NCBI GenBank assembly: GCA_035289425.1
Contig: DATDXC010000074.1
Span: forward strand, 1-63,823
Source of the DNA: Candidatus Nanoarchaeia archaeon
Lineage (GTDB): Archaea; Nanobdellota; Nanobdellia; Woesearchaeales; DATDXC01
Length of the DNA stretch: 63,823 nt
Reading direction: 5' to 3'
Shown: piece by piece, positions 8,276 through 17,483 of the stretch
Numbering within the stretch: the stretch's first letter is position 1
Layout of the letters: each line of letters opens with the position of its first letter
Made by a program: the position numbers and the translations under genes
The notes under the pieces: generated by a model
What the model was told of the DNA's origin: nothing
Seen by the model: only the letters and a program-made list of their open reading frames with translations
Databases searched by the model: none

Positions 8276-9292
8276 ATGGAAAAAAATATGCTCATACAGA
8301 CAGTCAAGGACATGTTACGGGTAGGGCTTTTGGCAGCTGACGAGAGCCATGGCAGCCCTGAGAATCCTAAGACTATAGAGAAGAGGCTGGAGAAGGCAGG
8401 TATTCCCCTGGCAGAAGAATGGGTTGATAAGTGGAGATTGCTGGTTCGGGATTGCCCTCATCTGGGGGAGTATGTCAGTGGCATTATTCTTGAGAAATCC
8501 CGTCTTAAGCCGGATGCAGCCATATTTGCAGGACATAGGATAGTGCCTGGTGTCAAGACTGATGGTGGGACCAATGCTAAGATAGGGCCACATGAGGAAT
8601 TACTTACTGTAGGTCTTGATGATTTGCCTCAAAGGTTGGCAAAGTATAAGGCCGAAGGAGCACGGTTTACCAAGTGGAGAACTGTAACCCCAATCGGAAG
8701 CAACGTACCGACGCAGGAAGCAATTGATGCTAACATGGATACTATCGTGAAGCAGGCTTTAGTTACCCAAGCTGCCGGTCTTGTGCCTATCTGTGAGCCT
8801 GAAGTGTTGATTGATGGCGACCATACTATCGAGAAATCATTTGACGTAACTAAGAAAGTCCTTTCTACCTTTTTTGCAAAAGCCAAGAAGGCAGGCGTCT
8901 TCTTTCCTGGCATGATTTTAAAGACTAGCATGGTGATTTATGGTAAGCAGTATGCTGGCAAGAGAAGCTATAGGGATGTTGCCCAGATGACGGTTAAATG
9001 CCTAAAGGAAACTGTGCCTGCCGAAATCGGTGGAGTGGTTTTCCTTTCCGGAGGACAGGAAGACCTTGAAGCGACCATGCACCTAAATGAGATGCATAAG
9101 ATGGGTAATCTATCTTGGCCCTTGACATTTTCATATTCAAGGGCAATACAGGATGCTCCTATGAAAATCTGGGTAGGAAAGGACGAGAATGTTGCTAAGG
9201 CTCAGGAAGCATTGATCGAGAGGGCTAAGGGAAATGCTTTGGCTGCAAAAGGAAAAGTGCCTGATGGATTTACCTATAAGATTTTGACCTAA
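8276..9292 (+). CDS. fructose-bisphosphate aldolase, class I (eukaryote/bacterial Glycolytic family), paralog 1
   Basis: LAADESHGS, FTKWRTV, VPICEPEV, Schiff-base Lys in MILKTSMV, VFLSGGQ and LTFSYSRA, collinear with muscle-type aldolase. Start set to the ATG at 8276, shortly downstream of a GAGGTGG SD. Confidence 0.9.
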   Translation: MEKNMLIQTVKDMLRVGLLAADESHGSPENPKTIEKRLEKAGIPLAEEWVDKWRLLVRDCPHLGEYVSGIILEKSRLKPDAAIFAGHRIVPGVKTDGGTNAKIGPHEELLTVGLDDLPQRLAKYKAEGARFTKWRTVTPIGSNVPTQEAIDANMDTIVKQALVTQAAGLVPICEPEVLIDGDHTIEKSFDVTKKVLSTFFAKAKKAGVFFPGMILKTSMVIYGKQYAGKRSYRDVAQMTVKCLKETVPAEIGGVVFLSGGQEDLEATMHLNEMHKMGNLSWPLTFSYSRAIQDAPMKIWVGKDENVAKAQEALIERAKGNALAAKGKVPDGFTYKILT

Positions 9293-9368
9293 TTAGGCCT
9301 AATTTTTATGGCAATGTTTAAATATCCGGGATTATTCTCCCCTATTACAAATTTAGGGGGATGAGATT

Positions 9369-10430
9369 ATGAGTGTAATTGAAGTTGATGAGACTCGACT
9401 AAGTGAAACTGTATCTGAAATATTACGTATCGGAATTTTGGCTGCAGATGAAAGCCATGGTTCTCCACAGAGACCAAAGACCATTGAAAGAAGACTCGCT
9501 AGTTTTGGTATACCCAATGATGAAGTACATGTTGATGCATGGCGTAAACTTGTGAGAGAAACCCCCCTCTTAGGAGATTATGTCAGCGGCATCATACTAG
9601 AAGGGTCACGAGTTCTTACCGATGCTTCGATTTATGCAGAAAGGGGCATTGTCCCTGGAGTTAAAGTTGATAAGGGCAATACGACCCTTACTGTTGGCCC
9701 ACATCAGGAGCCACTGACTGTGGGATTAGATGGTCTGCATTCCACAGTAGAAGTTTTTAGGGATTATGGGGCTCGGTTTACCAAGTGGAGGACAACCACC
9801 TCAATCAGCGATATATTACCAACTGATCAAGCAATTCGTGAAAATATGGGGACTCATGGCGAATCAGGTTATATTGTCCAAAGCGTTGGTCTCGTTCCTA
9901 TACTTGAGCCAGAAGTTGAGATCAAGGGAAATCATTCTTTGGAGACATCTTACACAGTAACATCTCGTGTTCTAAAAGCATGGGCAGAGCAGGTGCAGAA
10001 ACAGGGAGTTTACTTACCTGGTGCAATCCTAAAAACCAGTTTTGTAATATATGGCGATAAATTTACCGGTCAACGAAGCTATGCCGAAGTTGCCAAAGCA
10101 ACTCTAAGGTGTTTAATGGAAAATGTCCCCAAAGAGGTAGGTGGAGTAGTGTTCCTTTCTGGCGGGCAGTCAGATTTGGAAGCAATGAATCATCTTAATG
10201 AGCTGCAAAATCTGCGGATGGGTCAGCATCCTACACCTTGGCCAGTTACATTCTCTTATTCAAGAGCCCTGCAGAATGATGCTATGGAAATTTGGGGGGG
10301 CATGCCAGCGAATGTGGAAAGGGCCCAACAAGCGTTGCTTGAGCGGGCTTCAGCAGCATTGATGGCTACCCAAGGAGTTTTGCCGGCTGGTTATGAATTT
10401 CAGTTTGTTCCATCAAGAAAGGCACATTAA
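9369..10430 (+). CDS. fructose-bisphosphate aldolase, class I (eukaryote/bacterial Glycolytic family), paralog 2
   Basis: Same motif set: LAADESHGS, FTKWRTT, VPILEPEV, ILKTSFV, VFLSGGQ and VTFSYSRA. By eye about half the positions match paralog 1. GGGGGATGA SD upstream. Confidence 0.9.
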   Translation: MSVIEVDETRLSETVSEILRIGILAADESHGSPQRPKTIERRLASFGIPNDEVHVDAWRKLVRETPLLGDYVSGIILEGSRVLTDASIYAERGIVPGVKVDKGNTTLTVGPHQEPLTVGLDGLHSTVEVFRDYGARFTKWRTTTSISDILPTDQAIRENMGTHGESGYIVQSVGLVPILEPEVEIKGNHSLETSYTVTSRVLKAWAEQVQKQGVYLPGAILKTSFVIYGDKFTGQRSYAEVAKATLRCLMENVPKEVGGVVFLSGGQSDLEAMNHLNELQNLRMGQHPTPWPVTFSYSRALQNDAMEIWGGMPANVERAQQALLERASAALMATQGVLPAGYEFQFVPSRKAH

Positions 10431-10432
10431 TT

Positions 10433-11665
10433 TTATTTTTTCTTTATCTTTACTTTTACTATCCTATGCGCTTCGACTTCTTTGACTTCTAAGAGATATT
10501 TATCGATCTCCACACTTTCCCCTTCTTTTGGAATTCTGCCCAACTTGCCTAAGATCAATCCGGAAATGGTATTATAGTCACCAGCTTCCTTGAATTGAGA
10601 TTTGATTTTCTCATTTACTTCCTCAATGTCTGATTTACCCAGTACTTCCCATGTCTTACTCCCTATTTTTCTTACATGAGGATTGAGTTTATCAGACTCA
10701 TCTTTGATCTCTCCGACAATCTCCTCCAAAACATTTTCTAAGGTGACTAATCCAGTCACCAAGCCATGCTCATCAATCACAATTGCCATGTGCTCTTTTC
10801 TTTTCCTGAAGGCATTGAGCAATGAGTCAATGCGTTTGTTTTCAGGGACAAAAAAAGGAGGATACATTATCTTCTTTAACATAGGATTCTGCCCTTTTTT
10901 AAGTATGGGCACCAGATTTTTCATGTTGACAATTCCTACTATCTTGTTTAGGCTGTCTTCATATATTGGAACTCTCGTACGATTGGCTTTTATAATCGCA
11001 GGTAAAACCTGCTTCAGGTTCTGGGAGACCTCTAAGGCAAAAATATCATTCCTGGGAGTCATTATCTGGGAAACGTTTATCTCATCAAATTTGAAGATGT
11101 TTTCAATCAGCTCTTTCTCAGCAGCCTTGATAAAGCCTTCCTGCTTGCCGAGTTCAACAGCTGCTTCAATATCCTCTTCGGTTACTGAAGGCCTTTCCAC
11201 CTTCTTCACAAATATGCTTGTTATCTTATCTAATATGAAAATAATCGGTTTCAGGATGATCTGGAGCAATAACACCGGCTTGGCGACTACTAAAGAGATC
11301 CGCTCGCAGTGTGATGCTGCAAACGATTTAGGTATGAGCTCCCCGAAAAGGAGGATTATCAGGGTGGTCACACCGGTTGATAGGGCAACGGCATGGTTAG
11401 GGACTATTCGGAAAGCAATTGATGTTGCCAAGGAGGCAGCAGCTATAGTTACCACACTGCTTCCTATAAGGATGGCAGACAACAATGCATGTGGATCATC
11501 CTTCAGCTTCTTTATTGCTGCTGCGCCTGGTATATTACGCTGAAGCATTGCCCTCACCCTTATCCTGCCGAGAGAAAATAACGCAGTTTCGCACATGGAG
11601 AAGAATGCAGATAAGGTAATCAGTATAACCAACAGGTACATCTGTTCAATCATTCTGAGATTCAA
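10433..11665 (-). CDS. CNNM/HlyC-CorC family transporter (DUF21 + CBS pair + CorC_HlyC)
   Basis: Hydrophobic N-terminal 4-TM DUF21 region, a central CBS pair, and a C-terminal CorC-type domain ending ...VEIDKYLLEVKEVEAHRIVKVKI. Confidence 0.85.
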   Translation of the reverse strand: MNLRMIEQMYLLVILITLSAFFSMCETALFSLGRIRVRAMLQRNIPGAAAIKKLKDDPHALLSAILIGSSVVTIAAASLATSIAFRIVPNHAVALSTGVTTLIILLFGELIPKSFAASHCERISLVVAKPVLLLQIILKPIIFILDKITSIFVKKVERPSVTEEDIEAAVELGKQEGFIKAAEKELIENIFKFDEINVSQIMTPRNDIFALEVSQNLKQVLPAIIKANRTRVPIYEDSLNKIVGIVNMKNLVPILKKGQNPMLKKIMYPPFFVPENKRIDSLLNAFRKRKEHMAIVIDEHGLVTGLVTLENVLEEIVGEIKDESDKLNPHVRKIGSKTWEVLGKSDIEEVNEKIKSQFKEAGDYNTISGLILGKLGRIPKEGESVEIDKYLLEVKEVEAHRIVKVKIKKK

Positions 11666-11799
11666 AAGAAAGACGGTATAAAAATGTTTTGGTTGAAATT
11701 TTTGTCACCAATTTGGGACATAAGTGTCGACGATCAAATGAAAATGTTTTTAAAGCGATTACCACTTTCAATATTCATCACTAGTTGGGGGGGGTACAT

Positions 11800-13089
11800 A
11801 TGCCTAAAACACGATCTGATGGACGAAAAATTCCGAACATGCTTATGGTTGGCACTGGAGAGTACACCACCGGGTATACCAGTCAGGGCAAAAGCCAGTC
11901 GGATAAAAAGAAAGGTGTAGTGGGTTTAGTTCTATTTGATCAAAGAAGATTAGGTCATGTTGGGGAACTTTCAATGGTGGGTACCAATGGACGAAAGTTT
12001 CCTGCTATTCGAGATCATCTTCAGCGGGCAATAGGCGAGGTTTATCACGATATGGATGTTTCTTTTAATTCGTTTCCTGCGGATGATGCAGTTAATCCTG
12101 AAGCATACCGAGATGCAATCAGTCGTATGCAGCCGGGTGATGGCGTTATTATCTTTACCCCTGATGAGACCCACTATTCTATTGCCCGTACATCTTTGGA
12201 ACATGGTTTGCACGTATTGGTTACAAAACCACCAGTCATGACCTTAGTTGAACATCAGGATCTGGTTAGTTTGGCTGAAGGCCGCGATCTAATTGCTAAT
12301 GTGGAAGTGCATAAAAGATGGGACCCAAATTATCGCAATGCCAGACAGGAAATCCGAAGACATACACCATTCACTGACTTCAGATCATATATGGCTCAGC
12401 CAAAAAGGCAATTGGACACGTTTTCTAAATGGGTAGGTCAGAGTCCGACAGATATTAGCTATTACCTAAACTCTCATCATGTCGATTGGCATGTTTGGGC
12501 AATGGAAGGAATTGCTCGTCCTACAAAGGTACATGCAAGTGCTGCAACTGGTATTGCTCGAGCTAAAGGTTACAATACTGAAGACATGATAACACTAATT
12601 GTGGAATGGGTGGACTTGAAGAATCCTTCATTTGTGGGAACTGCTGTCTACACTGCTGGTTGGGTTGAACCAGAGAGTGAGGTTCATACCCGGCAAGGTT
12701 TTGATATTATTGCAGGTACTACTAAACTTCAGGAAGACCAAAGCAGGCGAGGTTACTGGGTACTCAGTGACGGCAAACAGGTAGAGTCTCGAAATCCTCT
12801 TTATATGGATTATGAACCAGATGAGGGGGGATTCTTTGCTGGTCAACATGGATATGGATATCTAAGCATCGCATCTTTTGTTGCTGCTATTGGTAATGTC
12901 TTAAATGGGGAAAGAAAAGTTAGTGATATGCATCGAACTCTCCCAACACTTAAGCGAACACAGCAGTTAACTGCAATCCTTCAGGCAGGAAGGATGAGCC
13001 TTAATAGTGGCCTTCCGATGGAAATTACATATGCCGATGCAACTTCTATTGTACCTGTAGCTATTCAGCAGTATGGCGGTCGAAAATGA
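11800..13089 (+). CDS. Gfo/Idh/MocA-like NAD(P)-dependent oxidoreductase
   Basis: N-terminal Rossmann segment MLMVGTGEYTTGY, FTPDETHY and VLVTKP (EKP-like). Start at the ATG at 11800, after a GGGGGGGT SD. Confidence 0.6.
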   Translation: MPKTRSDGRKIPNMLMVGTGEYTTGYTSQGKSQSDKKKGVVGLVLFDQRRLGHVGELSMVGTNGRKFPAIRDHLQRAIGEVYHDMDVSFNSFPADDAVNPEAYRDAISRMQPGDGVIIFTPDETHYSIARTSLEHGLHVLVTKPPVMTLVEHQDLVSLAEGRDLIANVEVHKRWDPNYRNARQEIRRHTPFTDFRSYMAQPKRQLDTFSKWVGQSPTDISYYLNSHHVDWHVWAMEGIARPTKVHASAATGIARAKGYNTEDMITLIVEWVDLKNPSFVGTAVYTAGWVEPESEVHTRQGFDIIAGTTKLQEDQSRRGYWVLSDGKQVESRNPLYMDYEPDEGGFFAGQHGYGYLSIASFVAAIGNVLNGERKVSDMHRTLPTLKRTQQLTAILQAGRMSLNSGLPMEITYADATSIVPVAIQQYGGRK

Positions 13090-14180
13090 AGGCTGTAACA
13101 TTAAAGGCTGTTCATCAGTATGAGGTTGGTACGGTACCTGACCCTACTGTCGGCCCCAATGATGTATTGCTCAGAGTTAATCAGGTAGGTATCTGTGGTT
13201 CGGATGTCCATATCTATAATGGACAAAATGCTTTTGTAAAACCGCCCATCATACAGGGCCATGAGTTTTCAGGGACTGTGGTGGAAACAGGGAAAGAAGT
13301 GACTGGCTATTTTGTCGGCGATGTAGTTTCTGTAGAACCCACATTAGGGTGTATGGAATGCGATCCTTGCAAAGGAAGCAGGAGAAATCAATGTGATAGT
13401 CTTCGGATTCTGGGGTGCCAGGCAGATGGAGCATTGGCTGAATATATTTCGGTTCCAGCATATACTGTTCACAAATTTAATGGACCTTTCGCAAACCAGC
13501 GAGACAATTACCGACTTGCCGCTTTAGGCGAACCAGCTGCAGTTGGTATTCATAGTGCTAGGCAGGGCGGTGCTGGTAAAACTACTTCAAATAGACGATA
13601 TTTTGTAATTGGTGCTGGCATCATAGGGTTTATGGCAATGAATGCCATTAAGTATCTGGATCCGGAAGCAAGGGTGGTTGCCAGTGACATGTCTGCTTTC
13701 AGACTTAAAAAGGTGCGGCAACTTGGAGCAGCGGATGAAATTGTAGTGGTGCAATCACCCGAAACGGCAACCTTAGTTGGCCAGTTGCGAGATCTTGAAC
13801 TTTATGGGAATGGATTTGATGTGGTTATAGACGCAGTAGGTGCGGGAAATACATTGGAGACTGCAATACATCTCGCTAAGAAAGGAAGTGGCACTGTGGT
13901 GCAACTTGGTATTACCCCTCAGCCTCAAAGAGTTTTGGAAAACCTCAGAAGAGAAACACGGATCGTTGGTTCACGGGTGTATAACCGAGATGATTTTACT
14001 GCAGCTTTGGACATGCTTAAACGACGTCCTGGGTTGCAGGCTTTGGTCACCCCACCTGTAAGAGAAGTTCCTCTGACGCGAGGTGGGTTTGACCTTGAAA
14101 GTGTTGAAGAAGCAATAGTATTAACGCAGCGCCAAGAATATTTTAAAGTGTTTGTTGAGGTGGATAGAGATGCAGGATAA
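13086..14180 (+). CDS. zinc-dependent medium-chain dehydrogenase (sorbitol/threonine dehydrogenase-like)
   Basis: GICGSDVHIYNG, GHEFSGTVVETG, structural Zn site CMECDPCKGSRRNQC and Rossmann VIGAGIIG. The ATG overlaps the stop of the upstream gene. Confidence 0.85.
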   Translation: MKAVTLKAVHQYEVGTVPDPTVGPNDVLLRVNQVGICGSDVHIYNGQNAFVKPPIIQGHEFSGTVVETGKEVTGYFVGDVVSVEPTLGCMECDPCKGSRRNQCDSLRILGCQADGALAEYISVPAYTVHKFNGPFANQRDNYRLAALGEPAAVGIHSARQGGAGKTTSNRRYFVIGAGIIGFMAMNAIKYLDPEARVVASDMSAFRLKKVRQLGAADEIVVVQSPETATLVGQLRDLELYGNGFDVVIDAVGAGNTLETAIHLAKKGSGTVVQLGITPQPQRVLENLRRETRIVGSRVYNRDDFTAALDMLKRRPGLQALVTPPVREVPLTRGGFDLESVEEAIVLTQRQEYFKVFVEVDRDAG

Positions 14181-14556
14181 TAGATTAGTGGCGAATGAAC
14201 AGCAATTTAATCAATCTTTGGCTGGCAAGGTAGTCGAAATCTCCGGTTCAATTATGGGAGCTACACATGGATATGCGCTTATGCCAGATGAGATTGCTTT
14301 AATTATTGGCCCTCTCCAAGAAGGCGTATTTGGTGTGGTAGCAACGGCACATAGCTCTGGCGAGAGTGATGCAGTACAATTACATGGTCATATAGTAAGT
14401 CAACCTCTTCAAGTTGACGGTTCAGCTACCCTTGTAAATTTAGAGGAAGCCACCAGAGGTGTGAGTTCACACCTTCATTATGCAAATTCATACGGATTGC
14501 GGCAGAAGATGGCAGACCTCGGATTATGCCTGGCCCATAAGGTATATCCTGCTTAA
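14170..14556 (+). CDS. hypothetical protein (third gene of dehydrogenase operon)
   Basis: The ATG at 14170 overlaps the upstream stop codon. No motif recognised. Confidence 0.4.
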   Translation: MQDNRLVANEQQFNQSLAGKVVEISGSIMGATHGYALMPDEIALIIGPLQEGVFGVVATAHSSGESDAVQLHGHIVSQPLQVDGSATLVNLEEATRGVSSHLHYANSYGLRQKMADLGLCLAHKVYPA

Positions 14557-14602
14557 TCTGAACTTCCTTTTTCTAAGAAGGGTTATACCTGGTATTGGAT
14601 GC

Positions 14603-16261
14603 CTACATCTTCTCCAACACATCAATCCCTAAGAGACTAAGTCCATTCTTCAGCACTTTCTGCACGCATTTAATCAAAATTAAACGTGCTTTCCTGTGTT
14701 CTGGAGCAGCCTTCAGGACAGGACAGGCATTGTAGAAATGGGAAAACTTGGAACTTAATTCAAAGATATAGTTGGCAATCAAGTTTGGTTTCAACTGTTC
14801 GGTTGCTTCTTTCACGACTTCAGGAAATTTTTGAAGCCATTTTATCAATTCAATCTCCTCATTTGTTTCCAATAAGCTATAATCTACCTTTCCCTTGACT
14901 TCTGCCTCATTCTTTTCTAATATGGAGGATATTCTGGCATACGCATACTGCAAGTAGGGGCCCGAATCACCTTCAAAACTCAATGCCTGGTCCCAATCGA
15001 ATAAGACGTTTTTCTCATTGCTTATTTTTAGTATAGCATACTTTATGGCACCATACGCAATCTTCTTAGCGTTTTCTTCTTTAACTTCACCATGCCTTTT
15101 TTGGATCTCTTTTCGTGCCTTTTCCAAAGCTTCTTTCATGAAATCTTCCAGTAAAATGACGTTGCCCTTGCGGGTTGACATCTTTTCATCCTGCAATAAG
15201 ATAAATGAGTAGGTAACCAATCTTGACGGTTTATGCTTCAACAAATCCAGTGCAGCAGAAATCTGCTGGTGGTACAGCTTGTGATCTTCGCCAAGGACAA
15301 TGATGTTCTCTCCTTTTTTCTTGTCAATGTTATACGCCAGATCCCTGAGGACATACAATGAAGTGCCATCCCCTCTTGTCAATACTAGAACAGGGCTCTT
15401 CATCGGCAGCTTGAATTCTTCCTGATTGAGGACTTTCCTTCCTTCATCATCGGTAAAGACTTTGCCTGTTTTTTCTAATTTCTTTAAGATCTCGTCTGTC
15501 TTCTTGTTTCCTAGATATTCTGACTCATAATCAAAGAAGTCATATTTTATGTCCAATTCGGCAAGAATAGCTGTCTGCCCTTTGATGCAGGTATCAATTA
15601 TTTTCTTATGCTCCTCTTTAATCTTCTTGTCTCCTTCCTCCAATCTCTTTAGTATCTCAAAAACCTTCTTTTCTATGGTAGGATCTGCTTCAACTTTCTT
15701 GTTGATATCGATATAGATGTTCAATAGGTCATTGAAAGTAGGCTTTTTACCTTTGGATCCCAGCAGAAGCATTGCAATCTGCTTTCCGAAATCATTCACC
15801 AGATAATGGACTTTGACATCATAACCTTGGAACCTTAGGATTCTGACAATAGAGTCACCAATAAGCGCATTACGAGCTCTCCCCACGTGAGGGGATGCAT
15901 TGGGGTTGATAGAAGTATGTTCTACGATAATCTTCTTATTTTTTCCCAGTCCCAAACTCCCATACTCCTCATTATTCTCAATATCTTTCAGGACATTCTC
16001 TGAAAGGCTTTTCTTATTAACAAAAAAATTCAGATACGGACCCTTTACTTCAACTTTGTTTATTATCTTGCTTAAATCAATCTTTTTGGCAAGCTCCTGT
16101 GCAATCTCAATAGGACTTTTCTTGTATACTTTTGCCAGGCTAAAACAGGGAAATGCAAAGTCGCCCAACTCCGGATTAGGTGGGATTTCCAGAACAATAT
16201 CCTTTTGTTTTGTCTCTTTCTCAAGTATTTTTGTAATCTCTTTCTTGAAGTCCATACCCAA
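14603..16261 (-). CDS. argS: arginine--tRNA ligase
   Basis: HTSINPNASPHVGRARN class I motif region, MSTRKG (KMSKS equivalent), and a C-terminal DALR-type anticodon-binding domain. Confidence 0.95.
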   Translation of the reverse strand: MGMDFKKEITKILEKETKQKDIVLEIPPNPELGDFAFPCFSLAKVYKKSPIEIAQELAKKIDLSKIINKVEVKGPYLNFFVNKKSLSENVLKDIENNEEYGSLGLGKNKKIIVEHTSINPNASPHVGRARNALIGDSIVRILRFQGYDVKVHYLVNDFGKQIAMLLLGSKGKKPTFNDLLNIYIDINKKVEADPTIEKKVFEILKRLEEGDKKIKEEHKKIIDTCIKGQTAILAELDIKYDFFDYESEYLGNKKTDEILKKLEKTGKVFTDDEGRKVLNQEEFKLPMKSPVLVLTRGDGTSLYVLRDLAYNIDKKKGENIIVLGEDHKLYHQQISAALDLLKHKPSRLVTYSFILLQDEKMSTRKGNVILLEDFMKEALEKARKEIQKRHGEVKEENAKKIAYGAIKYAILKISNEKNVLFDWDQALSFEGDSGPYLQYAYARISSILEKNEAEVKGKVDYSLLETNEEIELIKWLQKFPEVVKEATEQLKPNLIANYIFELSSKFSHFYNACPVLKAAPEHRKARLILIKCVQKVLKNGLSLLGIDVLEKM

Positions 16262-16278
16262 TGAATGCGAGCGAGAAA

Positions 16279-17454
16279 TTATAAATGTTTCGATTGTAGA
16301 TTTTTCTTGACTTCTTTATACGCTTGGCGGAAAGATGCGCCTTTTTTAACCAGGTCATACACTTTTTGAGTGGCATACAGATCAGGAGTCATTGCTTTGC
16401 TGCATTTATCCTTGTTGACCTTCAATTGGGAGATGACTAACTCCATTATCTCCACGCAATCTTTGGTGGTTTGGAGGCCTTTCATCACCGGCTCTTTGGT
16501 CAGTTGCAGATCACGATTGTAGCCTGAAGGCAGGTTGCCTATCAAGCTCTTCAATTGGAATTCATAGCCTAAGACAATTGAATATTTTGCCCGTGTCAAT
16601 TCCAGCACATCGGGATTCTTCTTCTGGGGCATGATTGAGGATCCTGTCGTGAATTCATCAGGAATCGAAAAAAAGCCAAATTCCTGCATAGAAAACAGGA
16701 TAAGGTCAGTTGCCAGCTTGTTTATGGTTGCCAGTATATTTGACATAACATTCAAGATTATTGCTTCATGCTTGCCGCGGGAATTCTGGGCATAGAGAGA
16801 ATTCTTGTAGTTTTCCTTGAACTTGAGCTCGCTCTTGGTGATGTCTTTATCAATCTTTAAGGGAACTCCATATCCCGCAGCAGTCCCCAATGGATTTTTG
16901 TCTATGATGTCTACTGCATTATCCAACAGTTTAATATCATCTTCCAATGATTCAATGAAGCTCTCTGCCCATATTTTTGTTGAGGAAGGCATCGCTTTCT
17001 GCATGTGGGTGTACCCAGGCATGTCCGCTGTTGGTATTTTTTTAAGGGCTGCAATCAGATTCAGGAGGGATTTAAAGATTAGGAGCAATTCATCCTTCTC
17101 ATACAGCTTCATGGCTGCAACCACCTGGTCATTTCTAGATCTTGCGGTGTGGATTTTCTTGCCTAATTCACCTAATTTTTTGGTTAGGTGGTTCTCAATT
17201 GCGGTGTGACAGTCTTCATCTTCTAGTGTTACCGCAAATGTACCTTTCTTATCCAGCTCAATGATATTTTTGAGCTCCTGCGCAAGCTTTTTTTGCTCTA
17301 TAGCTGACAATATGCCTATTTTCTCGAGCATCTTAGTGTGGGCTATGGAAGCATAGCAGTCATACTGTAATAGTTCTTTATCTAAGATGAAGTCATTTCC
17401 TACGGTGAACTTCTCTATCTTTTTGTTAACTGAGGTGTTGTATAGTTTCGGCAT
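16279..17454 (-). CDS. argH: argininosuccinate lyase (short form)
   Basis: Fumarate-lyase signature GSSIMPQKKNPDVLEL. Start moved to the ATG at 17454 because the track start is a TTG. The protein ends ...FRQAYKEVKKNLQSKHL, so it lacks the usual C-terminal extension. Only 17 nt separate it from the argS start. Confidence 0.9.
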   Translation of the reverse strand: MPKLYNTSVNKKIEKFTVGNDFILDKELLQYDCYASIAHTKMLEKIGILSAIEQKKLAQELKNIIELDKKGTFAVTLEDEDCHTAIENHLTKKLGELGKKIHTARSRNDQVVAAMKLYEKDELLLIFKSLLNLIAALKKIPTADMPGYTHMQKAMPSSTKIWAESFIESLEDDIKLLDNAVDIIDKNPLGTAAGYGVPLKIDKDITKSELKFKENYKNSLYAQNSRGKHEAIILNVMSNILATINKLATDLILFSMQEFGFFSIPDEFTTGSSIMPQKKNPDVLELTRAKYSIVLGYEFQLKSLIGNLPSGYNRDLQLTKEPVMKGLQTTKDCVEIMELVISQLKVNKDKCSKAMTPDLYATQKVYDLVKKGASFRQAYKEVKKNLQSKHL

Positions 17455-17483
17455 TGGAGTTTGTGAATTCCTTCTTTTCAAAT

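Noticed and set aside
10683-11543. 286-aa plus-strand ORF inside the CNNM transporter gene. Similar long antisense ORFs occur at 18337-18975, 44864-45592, 42930-43364, 17789-18232 and 62392-62916.
   Set aside because: Each lies antisense to a gene with unmistakable family motifs. Their translations are Ser/Leu/Phe-rich low-complexity sequence with no motifs. They are typical shadow ORFs of AT-rich, Lys/Glu-rich genes.
16279-17454. Short argH as a truncated pseudogene
   Set aside because: The reading frame is intact and the catalytic signature is present. Only 17 nt separate it from argS, so no displaced C-terminal fragment exists. More likely it is a naturally short form.
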